The notes under the pieces: model-generated
Database searches by the model: none
What the model saw: the letters and a program-made list of their open reading frames with translations, nothing else
Told to the model about the DNA's origin: nothing
Source of the DNA: Brevirhabdus sp.
Lineage (GTDB): Bacteria; Pseudomonadota; Alphaproteobacteria; Rhodobacterales; Rhodobacteraceae
Assembly: GCA_047518005.1 (NCBI GenBank)
Contig: JAKZRT010000011.1
Location: 3,701-67,700, forward strand
DNA length: 64,000 bases
Reading direction: 5' to 3'
Part shown: piece after piece, positions 19,223-29,553 of the stretch
Position numbering within the stretch: the first letter of the stretch is position 1
Layout: every line of letters begins with the position of its first letter
Translations under genes and position numbers: made by a program

Positions 19223-20092
19223 ATGCACGAACCGAACTGGGAAGATCTCAGATACGTCCTCGCGGTTGCCGATACCGGATCGGTTGCCGCTGCCGCAAAA
19301 AGCCTGGGCGTAGCACACACGACGGTGTTGCGGCGAATCGCGTCGTTTGAGGCTGATTCCGGTGCGCGGCTTTTCGAACGCACCGCGCGCGGCTACCGCA
19401 TCGTGCCCGACAGGGCCAAATCGTTCGAGGCGCTGCGCACAGCAGGCACGGCCATCGAGGCCGCCCGCGCCGAAATTGACGCCTCGGTTGTTGCTCCCGG
19501 CGAAATTTTGCGCTTGACGTCAACCGACATGCTCTGCGCGACGTTTCTGCCGAGTGTTTTGCAGGCCATGCGCCGCGACAATCCCGGTCTTCAGGTGGCG
19601 CTGCTGTCCAGCAACGCCTATCTAGACCTCGCCCACGGCCACGCCGATCTGACCCTTCGCCCGGCGCTTGATTTGCCCGCCGATCTGTTGGGCGATTGCG
19701 TGGCTCACTTGGGGATGTCGGTCTATGGCACGCCGGGGGCACCCGAAGAATGGCTTGGTGTCACCGGGCCGCTGACGCGCTCTGTCGCCGGGCAATGGCT
19801 GCGCGACAAATGCGCGGCACCTGCAACCGTTACGGACAGTTTCGTGGTTCTTGCAGAACTGCTGGCGACCGGAGCAGGTCGGTCGATTCTTCCCTGCCTG
19901 CTGGGCGACGCCGACCCGCGATTGCACCGTCTCAGCGGTGACGCGCCGATCCTGCGGGTGCCGCTTTGGGTGGCCGGTCACCGCGACCTTGGCGATAGCC
20001 GGCGCATTCGCAAGTTTCGCAAGGCGCTTGGCAAGGCCATTTCCCTGCGGCGCGCCGCGCTTTTGGGCGACCGAAGCGCCCGGCCGGCCTGA
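19223..20092 (+). CDS. LysR-family transcriptional regulator
   Basis: N-terminal wHTH (LRYVLAVADTGSVAAAAKSLGVAHTTVLRRI) plus a LysR substrate-binding domain. Divergent from cycP. ATG verified. Confidence 0.85.
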   Translation: MHEPNWEDLRYVLAVADTGSVAAAAKSLGVAHTTVLRRIASFEADSGARLFERTARGYRIVPDRAKSFEALRTAGTAIEAARAEIDASVVAPGEILRLTSTDMLCATFLPSVLQAMRRDNPGLQVALLSSNAYLDLAHGHADLTLRPALDLPADLLGDCVAHLGMSVYGTPGAPEEWLGVTGPLTRSVAGQWLRDKCAAPATVTDSFVVLAELLATGAGRSILPCLLGDADPRLHRLSGDAPILRVPLWVAGHRDLGDSRRIRKFRKALGKAISLRRAALLGDRSARPA

Positions 20093-20098
20093 ACCGGG

Positions 20099-21247
20099 TC
20101 AATTCAAAAGCGTCATCGGGTCAATCGCGTCAAACCCCCGGCGCGTCTCGAAGTGCAGGAAGGCTGGCCTGGTGTCGCGGATTACCGCGATCTTCTGACC
20201 GCGTTTGACCGCGTCGCCGCGCTCGACCGTGATGGCGTCGATACCTGCATAGACCGTCAGCAACCCGTCGCCATGGCGCAAGACCAATATTGGCACCCCG
20301 TCGGTATCGCGGGTAATGGCGGCAACGCTGCCGTCTGCGGCGGCAAAAACCGGGCTGCCTGCCGGCGCGGATATGTCGATACCGTCCGATTTTCCTTCCT
20401 CAAAATCGCGAATAATGCTGCCCTGAACCGGCATGGACAGAACGCCGCCGCCGTCGGCCGGCGTGGTTGACTCAGGGGCCGTCGCGTCTTTGGGACCTGC
20501 CGCAGGCTCGGGTGTTGGCGCAGCGCCTGTGGGCGGTTCGGGCGTCGCCGATCCCTGACCGGGGCGCGCAATCGCAATCGCTTTTGGGCCGTCATCAATG
20601 ATCTGCGGCCGGACGCGCGGGGCAACCGCCAAGTCAGGCGCCGGGATCAGAAGCACTTGGCCGGTCCGCAGCGACAGGTCCGGGCCAAGCCCGTTCCAGT
20701 CGATGAGTGCGCGCAACGAAACCTTATACCGGCGCGCTATTGCATTTGCCGTTTCCCCCTGCGTTACCCGGTGGCGCAGGGGTTCGTCGCGACGAATTTG
20801 CGGCGCGGATGCCTCGGCCTGGTCGATGGCCGCACCGGCGATAGCGGTGATGTCGACGCTGCCTGGCGAACGGATCGGGCCGCCGGTGATTTGCCCTGTC
20901 AGCGCACCGCCTCCGTGGCTGGCGTCGGGTAAGACCACCAGCTCGCCGTGCCGCAAAGGCGTGTCGGGGTGAATGCCGTTCAGCCGCGCGGTTCGGTCCG
21001 CGTCCAGTCCCAGCCGCGTGGCCACCATGCGCACTGTTTCGCCGTCGACGGCGATCGCAACCTCGTAACTGGCATAGCTGATCACCCCGCGCGCGTCGGG
21101 GTCGGGGCGCGCCTCCAACTGGGCCGCCGGCCGCGTAGTGCCAAAGCGGTCAAAATCCGGCAATGTTTCGCAGGCCGCCAAGCCAAACATACAGGCGACC
21201 ACAGCCAACCCGCCGCGTCCAAAGTTCACATCCACTCGATTGACCAT
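20099..21247 (-). CDS. nlpD: LysM-domain / M23 peptidase lipoprotein (NlpD-like)
   Basis: Lipobox FGLAAC, two LysM-like segments, a Pro/Ala-rich linker and a C-terminal M23 domain. Located after surE-pcm as in other proteobacteria. ATG at 21247 preferred over the track's GTG at 21265. Confidence 0.85.
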   Translation of the reverse strand: MVNRVDVNFGRGGLAVVACMFGLAACETLPDFDRFGTTRPAAQLEARPDPDARGVISYASYEVAIAVDGETVRMVATRLGLDADRTARLNGIHPDTPLRHGELVVLPDASHGGGALTGQITGGPIRSPGSVDITAIAGAAIDQAEASAPQIRRDEPLRHRVTQGETANAIARRYKVSLRALIDWNGLGPDLSLRTGQVLLIPAPDLAVAPRVRPQIIDDGPKAIAIARPGQGSATPEPPTGAAPTPEPAAGPKDATAPESTTPADGGGVLSMPVQGSIIRDFEEGKSDGIDISAPAGSPVFAAADGSVAAITRDTDGVPILVLRHGDGLLTVYAGIDAITVERGDAVKRGQKIAVIRDTRPAFLHFETRRGFDAIDPMTLLN

Positions 21248-21298
21248 TTCTGGTGCCTCCGCCACTGCGCGCCCTTTGCGGGCGTCGTTACTGCTTTG

Positions 21299-21943
21299 TC
21301 ACCCGTCATCGCCCAGCCCTTCGAGCAGCGGCACGAAACGGACTTCCTGGAATTCATCGTAGTCAAATCCCTCGGCCCCGCGGGTCACTTTGATCAGGCG
21401 TTGCACGGCGTCCGACTGCCCGACCGGCAGCACCATGATACCGCCCATCCGCAGTTGCGCCAAGAGGGGGCCGGGCGGGTCTTCGGCGGCGGCGGTGACC
21501 AGAATGCGGTCAAAGGGCGCCTGCGCGGGCAACCCACGGCTGCCGTCGCAATGCAGCGCGGTCACATTGACCAGACCCAGGGCATCGAACCGGGCGCGCG
21601 CTTCGTCGACCAATTGCCGGTGCCGGTCAACGGTATAAACGCGTCGCGCCAAGCGGGCCAGAATGGCAGCCTGATACCCAGAACCGGTCCCCACCTCGAG
21701 AACCTTGTCGCGTGGCTGGACGTTCAACGCCTGGGTCATCAGCCCGACGACTCCGGGTTGGCTGATGGTCTGGCCACAGGAGATTGGCAGCGGCGTATTG
21801 TCATAGGCGCGCACCGAAAAGACGCCGGTGACGAAAGCGCCACGATCAACGGCCTCCATGGCGCCGAGGGTCCTGGCATCGGTCACCCCGTGGCTGCGCA
21901 CGCCGTAAAGAAACCGCATGGTCCGCTCGGCCGCGTCGGTCAT
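21299..21943 (-). CDS. pcm: Protein-L-isoaspartate O-methyltransferase
   Basis: 214 aa with the [16 protein letters not shown]-binding motif. The ATG overlaps the surE stop (ATGA). Confidence 0.9.
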   Translation of the reverse strand: MTDAAERTMRFLYGVRSHGVTDARTLGAMEAVDRGAFVTGVFSVRAYDNTPLPISCGQTISQPGVVGLMTQALNVQPRDKVLEVGTGSGYQAAILARLARRVYTVDRHRQLVDEARARFDALGLVNVTALHCDGSRGLPAQAPFDRILVTAAAEDPPGPLLAQLRMGGIMVLPVGQSDAVQRLIKVTRGAEGFDYDEFQEVRFVPLLEGLGDDG

Positions 21944-22725
21944 TCCAACCGGCCCCTCAGATCGGCCAGCATGTCGTGGGCGGTCAGATCAAGGCGCATT
22001 GGTGTGACCGCGATGTGGCCGTCAAGACAGGCCGCCGCGTCGGTTCCCGGTGCCGTCGGCGACTGCTGCGGTCCGCCGCTGATCCAGATAAATCGCCGAC
22101 CGGACGGGGCGCGGTGCGGCGTGACCCCAAACCGCGTACCCTCGCGAAAGCCTTGCGAAGATACGCGCAGGCCTTTGGTTTCTTCGGCCATGAAGGGCGG
22201 AAAATTGACGTTGTAAAACAGGCGGTAATCGGCGTCGTCCCAGATGCCGTGATCCAGCAGTTTGCGGACCGTTGCCACGCCATGCACCCGCGCGGCATCA
22301 AACGGGTCACCGTCGGCCACGGTGTTTCCGGGGCCGTAGTATTGCGATAAGGCAATCGCCGGGAGCCCTTGCAGAGCGGCCTCCATCGCGGCCCCGATGG
22401 TGCCGGAATAAAGCGTATTCTCGGCCGCGTTGTTGCCCCGGTTCACACCGGACAAAACCAAATCGGGCGGCGCTGGCATAATGTCGCCGATCGCGGCCAG
22501 AACGCAGTCCGCAGGCGAACCCTCGGCTGCGAATCGTCGGTCGCCAAGGTCGGCCAGCAGGGTAGGATGTGTGTAGCTGATGCAATGGCCCACGCCCGAT
22601 TGCTCGAAGGCGGGTGCCACGGTCCAGACCTCGCCCTTGAGACCGGCGATGTCGGTGGCAATCGCGGTCATGACCTCGAGACCGGGCGCATTTATGCCGT
22701 CGTCATTGGTGATGAGAATTCGCAT
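21940..22725 (-). CDS. surE: 5'/3'-nucleotidase SurE
   Basis: [16 protein letters not shown] is the canonical SurE N-terminus. ATG verified at 22725, so the ORF-track start at 22848 is too far upstream. Confidence 0.9.
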   Translation of the reverse strand: MRILITNDDGINAPGLEVMTAIATDIAGLKGEVWTVAPAFEQSGVGHCISYTHPTLLADLGDRRFAAEGSPADCVLAAIGDIMPAPPDLVLSGVNRGNNAAENTLYSGTIGAAMEAALQGLPAIALSQYYGPGNTVADGDPFDAARVHGVATVRKLLDHGIWDDADYRLFYNVNFPPFMAEETKGLRVSSQGFREGTRFGVTPHRAPSGRRFIWISGGPQQSPTAPGTDAAACLDGHIAVTPMRLDLTAHDMLADLRGRLE

Positions 22726-22871
22726 CCGACCCTTCCGCCTGCTCTTGATCGCTTGGTATCGCCGCGCCGATTGCAGAGCAAGGGCCAAGCGATTGCGCCG
22801 CGTGCCGCGCCGCCCCAAGCGAGGGGTTTCGCGCCTCGCGCATCCCAAGGTATTTCAATAACGATGCAGGA

Positions 22872-23525
22872 TCAGATCAGGGCCAGGCTGCGCAGAATCC
22901 GGTCCGCCTGGTCCGCCGGATCGGCGAGCTGGCTGCGGTCTTCTCCGGGAAAAAACCGGGCCCGCAGTGCGGTCGCCATAGGTGCCGGCGACAGGATGTC
23001 GACGTGCGGACCCGTGCGCAATGTCTCGGCCGCCCACGACCGGGCCAGCGCAATCTGGGCCCCCTTGGTCGCGCCGTAGCTGCCAAAGAACTTTTCGCCG
23101 GCGCGCAGATCGTCAAAGAACAAGGCCCGCGATCCCGGTCGCGCCCGCAAAAGCGGGGCGACAAAAAATATCAGGCGACGCGTTGCCTCGACATTGATGT
23201 CCCAGCTTTGTTGCCAATCGCGGGCGTCAATCTGGTCGGCAGGCGTCAGCGGCGCCGCGTGAATAGCGGTGTGCGCCCAAAGATCCAGTCCACCCCACCG
23301 GTCGTGGATATCGCGGCAGAGGTGCTGCATGGCACTCTCATTGCTGACATCCATCGGGGCCAGCGTGGCTGTGCCGCCCGTTGCATTGATGCGGTCGTCA
23401 AGCTCTTCCAGTCCACCGACGGTTCGGGCCACGGCGATCACGTGAAACTGTCCGGCCAGCGCCTGCGCAAGTGCGGCCCCCAGCCCCCGCGACGCACCGG
23501 TTATCAGGGCAATCCGTTCGCTCAT
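22872..23525 (-). CDS. Short-chain dehydrogenase/reductase (SDR) family oxidoreductase
   Basis: MSERIALITGASRGLGAALA is a TGxxxGxG-type N-terminus. ATG verified at 23525. Confidence 0.8.
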   Translation of the reverse strand: MSERIALITGASRGLGAALAQALAGQFHVIAVARTVGGLEELDDRINATGGTATLAPMDVSNESAMQHLCRDIHDRWGGLDLWAHTAIHAAPLTPADQIDARDWQQSWDINVEATRRLIFFVAPLLRARPGSRALFFDDLRAGEKFFGSYGATKGAQIALARSWAAETLRTGPHVDILSPAPMATALRARFFPGEDRSQLADPADQADRILRSLALI

Positions 23526-23760
23526 GGGCGATGCTTTTCGCAGGTCAGCGCGCGTGGTCAAGGGGCGCTGACCACTGCGTGACAAACTGTGTTGGGCAAA
23601 ATCAGCGGTTTGCGCGACGGCGTCGACTGCGCGCTCACTGCGAGCCCGATAAACGTGAGTGGTCGTGCGTAAAGTTTATTTTCCCCGCAACGCTTTCTCT
23701 GACCCCTATTGCGCGGGCGGATTTGGCCGCCCGCGAACTCAAGCCACAAAGGAACGAGTT

Positions 23761-24069
23761 ATGAGAATGCTTTTCAAAGTTACGCTTGCCTCTGCCGCCG
23801 TTGCGGGGGCCGTCGCGGTCCCATCGCTGGTCGCGGCGCAACAGGTGATCCAGCACACCGACGGCTTTGTCTGTCCGGTTTTCAACGCCGACAGCCAGGC
23901 CGGTGCCAACAACCCCAATGCGGCCAACATCGGCGGCGGTGACACCTCGATCATCGGGCCAAATGTGAGCGTGCCGACCCACGCCACAAACGGTGACGGT
24001 TCCGGCACGCCACCTGGCCCTCATTCATCAACTGGTGACAGTGACTATTCGGCGATCTGGTCTGGATAA
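23761..24069 (+). CDS. Small secreted hypothetical protein (102 aa)
   Basis: ATG at 23761 preceded by AAAGGAACGAGTT (SD-like). Has a signal peptide (MRMLFKVTLASAAVAGAVAVPSLVAA/QQ) and a Gly/Asn/Pro/Ser-rich mature part. I recognise no family. Confidence 0.55.
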   Translation: MRMLFKVTLASAAVAGAVAVPSLVAAQQVIQHTDGFVCPVFNADSQAGANNPNAANIGGGDTSIIGPNVSVPTHATNGDGSGTPPGPHSSTGDSDYSAIWSG

Positions 24070-24082
24070 GGACAGCGACGCG

Positions 24083-24103
24083 CCGGGGCGTGGTGCGCCC
24101 CGG
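24083..24103. terminator. GC hairpin between convergent genes (small secreted ORF and purF)
   Basis: CCGGGGCG-TGGTG-CGCCCCGG forms an 8-bp perfect stem. There is no clear U tract on either strand. Confidence 0.3.
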
Positions 24104-24105
24104 AG

Positions 24106-25617
24106 CTATTCCGCGGCGCGCAGCTCGAAGCCGCGCGCGATCATGTCAGAAGGCGCCACCGGATATTCGCCGGAAAAACAGGCGTCGCAATATTGCGGAG
24201 CGTCCGGGTCGCGCCCTTCGGCCTCGCCGACCGCGCGGTAAAGACCGTCAAGCGAGATATAGCGCAGGCTGTCCACGCCGAGGTGACGGCGGATTTCGTC
24301 TTCGCTCATGCTGGCGGCCAGAAGTTTTTCGCGATTCGGCGTATCGACGCCATAAAAGCAGGGCCAGGCTGTGGGCGGCGAGGCAATGCGGAAATGCACT
24401 TCGGCCGCACCTGCGTCCAGAATCATATCCTTGATCTTGCGGCAGGTGGTCCCGCGGACCACGGAATCGTCGACCAGCACCACTCGTTTTCCGGCAATCA
24501 GCGAGCGGTTGACGTTCAGCTTCAGCAAGACTCCCATGTTGCGGATCTGCTCGGTCGGTTCGATGAATGTCCTGCCCATATATTGATTTCGGACAATCCC
24601 CATAGCGAAAGGAATGCCCGATTGCTGGCTGAAACCAATGGCTGCGGGGGTGCCGCTGTCGGGTACCGGACACACCAGATCAGCCTCAGCCGGGGCCTCG
24701 CGCGCCAGCTCGACGCCGATCTGGTGGCGTGTCTCATAGACCGATCGCCCCCCCAAAAACGAATCAGGGCGCGAAAAATAGACGTGCTCGAAAATACAAA
24801 ACCGCGACCGTGCGGGCGCAAAGGGCCGGTGCGAATGGACTTCGCCTTTATCGATCACCACCATCTCGCCCGGATCCAGGTGGCGAATAAATTCGGCCCC
24901 GACGATATCCAATGCGCAGGTCTCTGAACTGAGCACCCAACCGGTTTCGCCGATGCGACCCAGAACCAGCGGCCGCACCCCCAGTGGGTCGCGCACACCG
25001 ATCATTTTGGTGCGCGTCATGGCCACAATCGAAAACGCGCCCTCGACCCGCCGCAGCGCGTCCTTGATGCGTTCGGGAATGGTTTTTTGCAAGCTTCGCG
25101 CCATCAGGTGGATGATGCATTCGCTGTCCGAGCCCGACTGAAAGATCGACCCCAGATCGATCAACTCGCGCCTGAGCGCCTCGGCATTTGTGATGTTGCC
25201 GTTATGAGCAATCGCGGCACCACCCATGGAAAATTCACCGAAAAACGGCTGCACATCGCGAATTTGCGTGTGGCCCTTGGATCCGGCGGTGGAATAGCGC
25301 ACATGCCCAATTGCCAAAGACCCCGGCAGGGTCTCCATCAGGCTGGCCTTGGTGAAACTGTCGCGCACATACCCAAAGCGCCGGGCGCTGTTAAAGCCGT
25401 GTTCCGGATGGTGGCTGACAATCCCGCCGGCCTCTTGCCCGCGATGCTGGAGCGCATGCAGCCCAAGTGCCACGAAATTCGCCGCATCGCTGACCCCGAT
25501 CACGCCAAAGACACCGCATTCTTCGCGCAGTTTGTCGTCGTCGAACGGGTGGGCAGGCGGCAACGCGGACACGGTATCGGTCAACGGGACGAATCCTTGA
25601 GGCGGCAGACGCGCCAC
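24106..25617 (-). CDS. purF: Amidophosphoribosyltransferase
   Basis: Catalytic CGVFGV N-terminal nucleophile region, Ntn glutaminase plus PRT domains. The exact start is uncertain: the track start is the GTG at 25617, which would put about 33 residues before the Cys. Confidence 0.9.
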   Translation of the reverse strand: MARLPPQGFVPLTDTVSALPPAHPFDDDKLREECGVFGVIGVSDAANFVALGLHALQHRGQEAGGIVSHHPEHGFNSARRFGYVRDSFTKASLMETLPGSLAIGHVRYSTAGSKGHTQIRDVQPFFGEFSMGGAAIAHNGNITNAEALRRELIDLGSIFQSGSDSECIIHLMARSLQKTIPERIKDALRRVEGAFSIVAMTRTKMIGVRDPLGVRPLVLGRIGETGWVLSSETCALDIVGAEFIRHLDPGEMVVIDKGEVHSHRPFAPARSRFCIFEHVYFSRPDSFLGGRSVYETRHQIGVELAREAPAEADLVCPVPDSGTPAAIGFSQQSGIPFAMGIVRNQYMGRTFIEPTEQIRNMGVLLKLNVNRSLIAGKRVVLVDDSVVRGTTCRKIKDMILDAGAAEVHFRIASPPTAWPCFYGVDTPNREKLLAASMSEDEIRRHLGVDSLRYISLDGLYRAVGEAEGRDPDAPQYCDACFSGEYPVAPSDMIARGFELRAAE

Positions 25618-25679
25618 ACTTACTGCCTGTCGACTTGGCTGTCACGGCTTGGGTTGGTGAAAATCGCTGGACTTGGGTG

Positions 25680-26294
25680 TTACTGGTCGGTCGAAGTTCC
25701 GCCGTCGGATTCAGGTGCTGTCTCGGGCACGATCAGCGATGAACCGCCTTCGCAATTCGCCATCAGGTCGGCGTAGCGGGCCAGAATCCATTCGGGCGCT
25801 TCCACAGGAATGCTCTCGTTCAGTTGGTCCAGGACGCGCTGGAAAATGCGCGCGGTCTGGCTGTCGTCGATCATCGGGGTGGGCTGGGTCGAAACGATCC
25901 GGTCATAGACGACCAGGGCAATAGCCACCAGAATAACGCCGCGTGCCACGCCGAATAGAAACCCGACCGCCTGATCCAGCCCGCTGACAGCCGACCTTTT
26001 CACAGCACTTGCAAAAAGTGGTGTGAAGATCGACAGCACCAACAGTCCGACGGTAAAGACCGCGGCAAAGGCGGCAACGGTTGCAAGTTCGCAGCTGTCG
26101 GTAAGAAACTCGCCGACAACGGGGATCTCTTTGACCAGAGGCTCCAGTTGCGGGGCAAAGTAATAAGCCGCAATCGCGGCGGCGATCCAGGCAAATATCG
26201 CCAGGGTTTCGCGAATGAATCCACGCGCATAGGCCAATATCCCGGAAACCAGAACAATGACTGCGACGCCTCCGTCAAGCGCTGTAAATTCCAT
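25680..26294 (-). CDS. cvpA: CvpA-family membrane protein (colicin V production protein homologue)
   Basis: Small polytopic protein immediately upstream of purF, which is the conserved cvpA-purF arrangement. ATG verified at 26294. Confidence 0.8.
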   Translation of the reverse strand: MEFTALDGGVAVIVLVSGILAYARGFIRETLAIFAWIAAAIAAYYFAPQLEPLVKEIPVVGEFLTDSCELATVAAFAAVFTVGLLVLSIFTPLFASAVKRSAVSGLDQAVGFLFGVARGVILVAIALVVYDRIVSTQPTPMIDDSQTARIFQRVLDQLNESIPVEAPEWILARYADLMANCEGGSSLIVPETAPESDGGTSTDQ

Positions 26295-26315
26295 TGGCCT
26301 ACTCCTTGGCTGGCC

Positions 26316-27680
26316 TCAACCCGCCCCAAATATTTCTCCGACCAATGCCGCGAGATCAGGGATTTCCTCAACCCTGATGCCCTTTGGCGCGCCGTTTTTT
26401 GCCGACCTCGGTGATAGCGCAACCGAAAAACCCAGTTTTCGGGCTTCTTTCAGCCTGCTTTCGGTTTGCGCAACGGGCCGTAACGCCCCTGATAAGCTAA
26501 TCTCGCCAAAAACCACAGTCTCTGCGGGCAGGGCTGCGTCTTCTCTGGCCGAAAGTAGCGCCGCGGCCACAGCCAGATCGGCCGCTGGTTCGCTGACGCG
26601 CAGGCCGCCGGCGACGTTCAGATAGACATCCAGCCCGGTAAACGGGATGCCACAGCGCGCCTCGAGCACCGCCAGAACCATCGCCAGCCGGCCAGCGTCC
26701 CATCCGACAACGGTGCGACGCGGCTGCGCGTGTGGCGTCGGCGCGACAAGCGCCTGAAACTCCACCAGAACCGGGCGCGTGCCCTCGATTCCGGCAAACA
26801 CAACCGAACCGGGCGATGGGGTGCCGCGTTCGGAAAGGAACAGCGCCGAGGGGTTCGGAACCTCGGCCAGTCCGGCGCCGGTCATCTCGAACACACCGAT
26901 TTCGTCGGCCGGGCCAAAGCGATTTTTGACCGCGCGCAAAATCCGGAACTGGTGCCCGCGTTCGCCCTCGAAATAAAGCACCGTGTCAACCATATGTTCG
27001 ATCACGCGGGGGCCAGCGATCTGGCCGTCTTTGGTGACATGGCCGACCAGCACCACCGCCACGCCGCGCGACTTGGCGAACCGCGTCAACTCGTGCGCCG
27101 CAGCACGGACCTGGGCCACCGACCCCGGCGCGCTTTCGATAGTGTCCAGCCACATGGTCTGGATCGAATCGATCACCACCAGGTCGGGGCGTTCGCGGTC
27201 AAGCGTGGTCAGAATGTCGCGTAGGGCGGTTGCAGTGGCGATTTGCACCGGCGCGTCTTTCAGGCCCAGACGCTCGGCCCGCAGGCCGATCTGGGCGCGC
27301 GCTTCTTCGCCCGAGATATAGATAACTTTTTGACCAGCCTCGGCAAATTTCGCTGCCGCCTGCAACACAAGCGTCGATTTGCCGATCCCCGGATCGCCGC
27401 CGACCAAAAGCGCCGAGGCCGGAACCAGCCCGCCGCCAAGCGCCCGATCAAACTCGGCGATACCCGAGGCGGTGCGCGGTGGCGGCGCGTCGTCGCCCGA
27501 CAGCTCCGCCAATTCGATGCCCGAACTGCGCCGCGTGCCCAGCCCCTTGCCCTTGGGGCCTTCGGTCAGCGGCGCCTCCTCGACAATGGAATTCCATTCA
27601 CCGCAACCCTCACAGCGGCCCGACCATTTTGACGAGGCCGCGCCGCAGGACTGGCAGACGAAAGTGGCGGATTTGGCCAT
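26316..27680 (-). CDS. radA: DNA repair protein RadA/Sms
   Basis: MAKSATFVCQSCGAASSKWSGRCEGCGEWNS zinc finger, Walker A (GDPGIGKST) and a Lon-like C-terminus. ATG verified at 27680. Confidence 0.95.
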   Translation of the reverse strand: MAKSATFVCQSCGAASSKWSGRCEGCGEWNSIVEEAPLTEGPKGKGLGTRRSSGIELAELSGDDAPPPRTASGIAEFDRALGGGLVPASALLVGGDPGIGKSTLVLQAAAKFAEAGQKVIYISGEEARAQIGLRAERLGLKDAPVQIATATALRDILTTLDRERPDLVVIDSIQTMWLDTIESAPGSVAQVRAAAHELTRFAKSRGVAVVLVGHVTKDGQIAGPRVIEHMVDTVLYFEGERGHQFRILRAVKNRFGPADEIGVFEMTGAGLAEVPNPSALFLSERGTPSPGSVVFAGIEGTRPVLVEFQALVAPTPHAQPRRTVVGWDAGRLAMVLAVLEARCGIPFTGLDVYLNVAGGLRVSEPAADLAVAAALLSAREDAALPAETVVFGEISLSGALRPVAQTESRLKEARKLGFSVALSPRSAKNGAPKGIRVEEIPDLAALVGEIFGAG

Positions 27681-27681
27681 T

Positions 27682-28125
27682 TCATATCTTCCCGGTGGGT
27701 TTGCTGGCCATGCCGATGGCAAGCGAGGCGAGAATGCAAAAGGTAAACAGATAAAGGCCCCAGGCGACCTCGACCCGGCCAATGCCGACGCCCTTGGCCA
27801 GGACAATGTAAAGCGCGATCAAGAAGATATCGGCCATGGCTAACCTTCCCAGCCAGCCCAGAACCGACACCACATCGCGGCGAACGAGTCCATAATGGAC
27901 CAGCGCCAGACCGACAGTTTTGACGTAGGGCGCGAAAATGGCGAAAACGGCCACGACAAGGGCCAGCAAGACGTCGGTCTCCCAAAGGGATTTCAGGCCG
28001 GAGATAACCGAGATTTCGCCGAGGCCAAAGAGCGGCAACAGCCCGGCCCGCATCAGCGGCGCGAACCACGAGATTGGGAAGAGGATGAGCAGGCTCAGGT
28101 TGGCCAACGTCAACGCGCGCTTCAC
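27682..28125 (-). CDS. PqiA-family (paraquat-inducible protein A-like) single-domain membrane protein
   Basis: Start re-picked at the GTG at 28125, which overlaps the mlaF-like stop (GTGA). LGRLAMADIFLIALYIVLAK resembles the conserved WGMAEIFL... block of PqiA, and there are about 4 TM segments. Confidence 0.65.
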   Translation of the reverse strand: MKRALTLANLSLLILFPISWFAPLMRAGLLPLFGLGEISVISGLKSLWETDVLLALVVAVFAIFAPYVKTVGLALVHYGLVRRDVVSVLGWLGRLAMADIFLIALYIVLAKGVGIGRVEVAWGLYLFTFCILASLAIGMASKPTGKI

Positions 28126-28868
28126 CGCACTGCCTCGATCGGCCCGTCCGCCGACCCCCGAATGAACTGTGCCAGATAAGGGTCTGACCCGCCTTCCATA
28201 TCTCCGACCGGTCCGGTCCATTGAATGACCCCGTCGTGCAGCATCGCCACGGTGTCGGCGATGGCGTGAACGCTGGACATATCGTGGGTTATGGTGACCG
28301 CTGTCGCGCCCATTTCGACCACGATCTCGCGGATCAGTTCGTTGATCACACCGGCCATGATCGGGTCGAGACCGGTGGTGGGCTCGTCGAAAAAGATGAT
28401 CTTCGGCTCGGCGGCAATCGCCCGGGCAAGGCCGACGCGTTTTTGCATGCCTCCGGACAGTTCGGCCGGGAAGAGGTCGGCGGCTTCGGGCCCGAGGCCG
28501 ACGCGGCGGAGTTTTTCGATGGCGATTTCACGGGCCTCACGCGGCGGACGCTTCAACGCCCCGCGCAGCAAGCGAAAAGCCACGTTCTGCCAGACCGGCA
28601 GGCTGTCAAACAGCGCGCCGCCCTGAAAAAGCATCCCGAACTGCGCCAGAAACGCCTCGCGGTCGCCGCTGGCCACGTCCTGACCGCCGACCGTGATCGT
28701 GCCTGCGTCGTGCCGGATCAGCCCCAGAATGCATTTGATTGTCACCGACTTCCCGGTGCCCGATCCGCCGATGATCACCAGACTGGTGCCCGCGTCCACG
28801 TCCAGGTCAACGCCCGCCAGAACCGGCGTGCCGCCAAACGCTTTATGGACTGCCTGAAGTCTGATCAT
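28122..28868 (-). CDS. mlaF: Mla-type ABC transporter ATP-binding protein
   Basis: 248 aa with Walker A (GGSGTGKS), signature LSGGMQKR and Walker B (IIFFDEP). MlaF-like length and paired with an MlaE-like permease. Confidence 0.85.
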   Translation of the reverse strand: MIRLQAVHKAFGGTPVLAGVDLDVDAGTSLVIIGGSGTGKSVTIKCILGLIRHDAGTITVGGQDVASGDREAFLAQFGMLFQGGALFDSLPVWQNVAFRLLRGALKRPPREAREIAIEKLRRVGLGPEAADLFPAELSGGMQKRVGLARAIAAEPKIIFFDEPTTGLDPIMAGVINELIREIVVEMGATAVTITHDMSSVHAIADTVAMLHDGVIQWTGPVGDMEGGSDPYLAQFIRGSADGPIEAVR

Positions 28869-28873
28869 AGTAA

Positions 28874-29521
28874 TTACTCGTTAGATTCAGGCGCAGGTAG
28901 AGCATGAATTTCCTCTGGAGCCGGTATTTGATCGTATTGAGAAATATTTTTCCGTGCAATTTGGTTCACTTCCGTCATGCGATCAACCAAAGGTTTGATA
29001 TCCTTTCCAAATTTTCCGAGAACCTCTCCTATGTCGCTAACGCCACCTCTTACAACGTCAAACATTCCCTTTGGTTTATGAACTTCAGACTCAATTGCAG
29101 CTATCCTATTAAGTAGTCGGCGACGATGCGGTTCATCGAATTCCGGAGTGCCAAATATGATTTTTCTCATCTGGTTGCATAGGTGAAGCACGCGTTCGCG
29201 GTCACCGGCGTCCAAGATGAATTTGGGCAAAAGCGCGTCTTCCGATAGTTCGGATGCTCCAGAATTCCTAAACTCTGCAGGGACGGCATCGTGAACGTTC
29301 AATATCCGAACGAGACGTTCAAAGAGAATGCGACGGCTATCTGATGACCCGTGAAATTTGAAATCATTGGCAACCGCTTGAAAATGCCTTGGAAACTCCT
29401 TCCACACTATGCCATATATGTAGGCCAACTCATCAAAATCTGCTTGCGAAAGCCTTGCGGGATCACGGCCTTCATAGGTTCGAATCAATTCGACTAACGT
29501 AGATGCAAGTTCAGAGTACAT
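28874..29521 (-). CDS. AT-rich ORFan, hypothetical soluble protein (215 aa), probably horizontally acquired
   Basis: The ORF-track start at 29533 is a TTG. The ATG at 29521 has GGAGAA 6 nt upstream. About 40% G+C by hand count with A/T-ending codons throughout. No family recognised. Confidence 0.7.
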   Translation of the reverse strand: MYSELASTLVELIRTYEGRDPARLSQADFDELAYIYGIVWKEFPRHFQAVANDFKFHGSSDSRRILFERLVRILNVHDAVPAEFRNSGASELSEDALLPKFILDAGDRERVLHLCNQMRKIIFGTPEFDEPHRRRLLNRIAAIESEVHKPKGMFDVVRGGVSDIGEVLGKFGKDIKPLVDRMTEVNQIARKNISQYDQIPAPEEIHALPAPESNE

Positions 29522-29553
29522 TAGGTTCTCCAATTAAGTCGCGAATAAATTGA

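Noticed and set aside
28874-29521. Calling the AT-rich ORFan a HEPN-type abortive-infection RNase
   Set aside because: The only support is one R-x4-H string (RILNVH) plus its size and apparent helicity. Such short motifs arise by chance, so I kept it as a hypothetical protein and mention the motif only as something to test.
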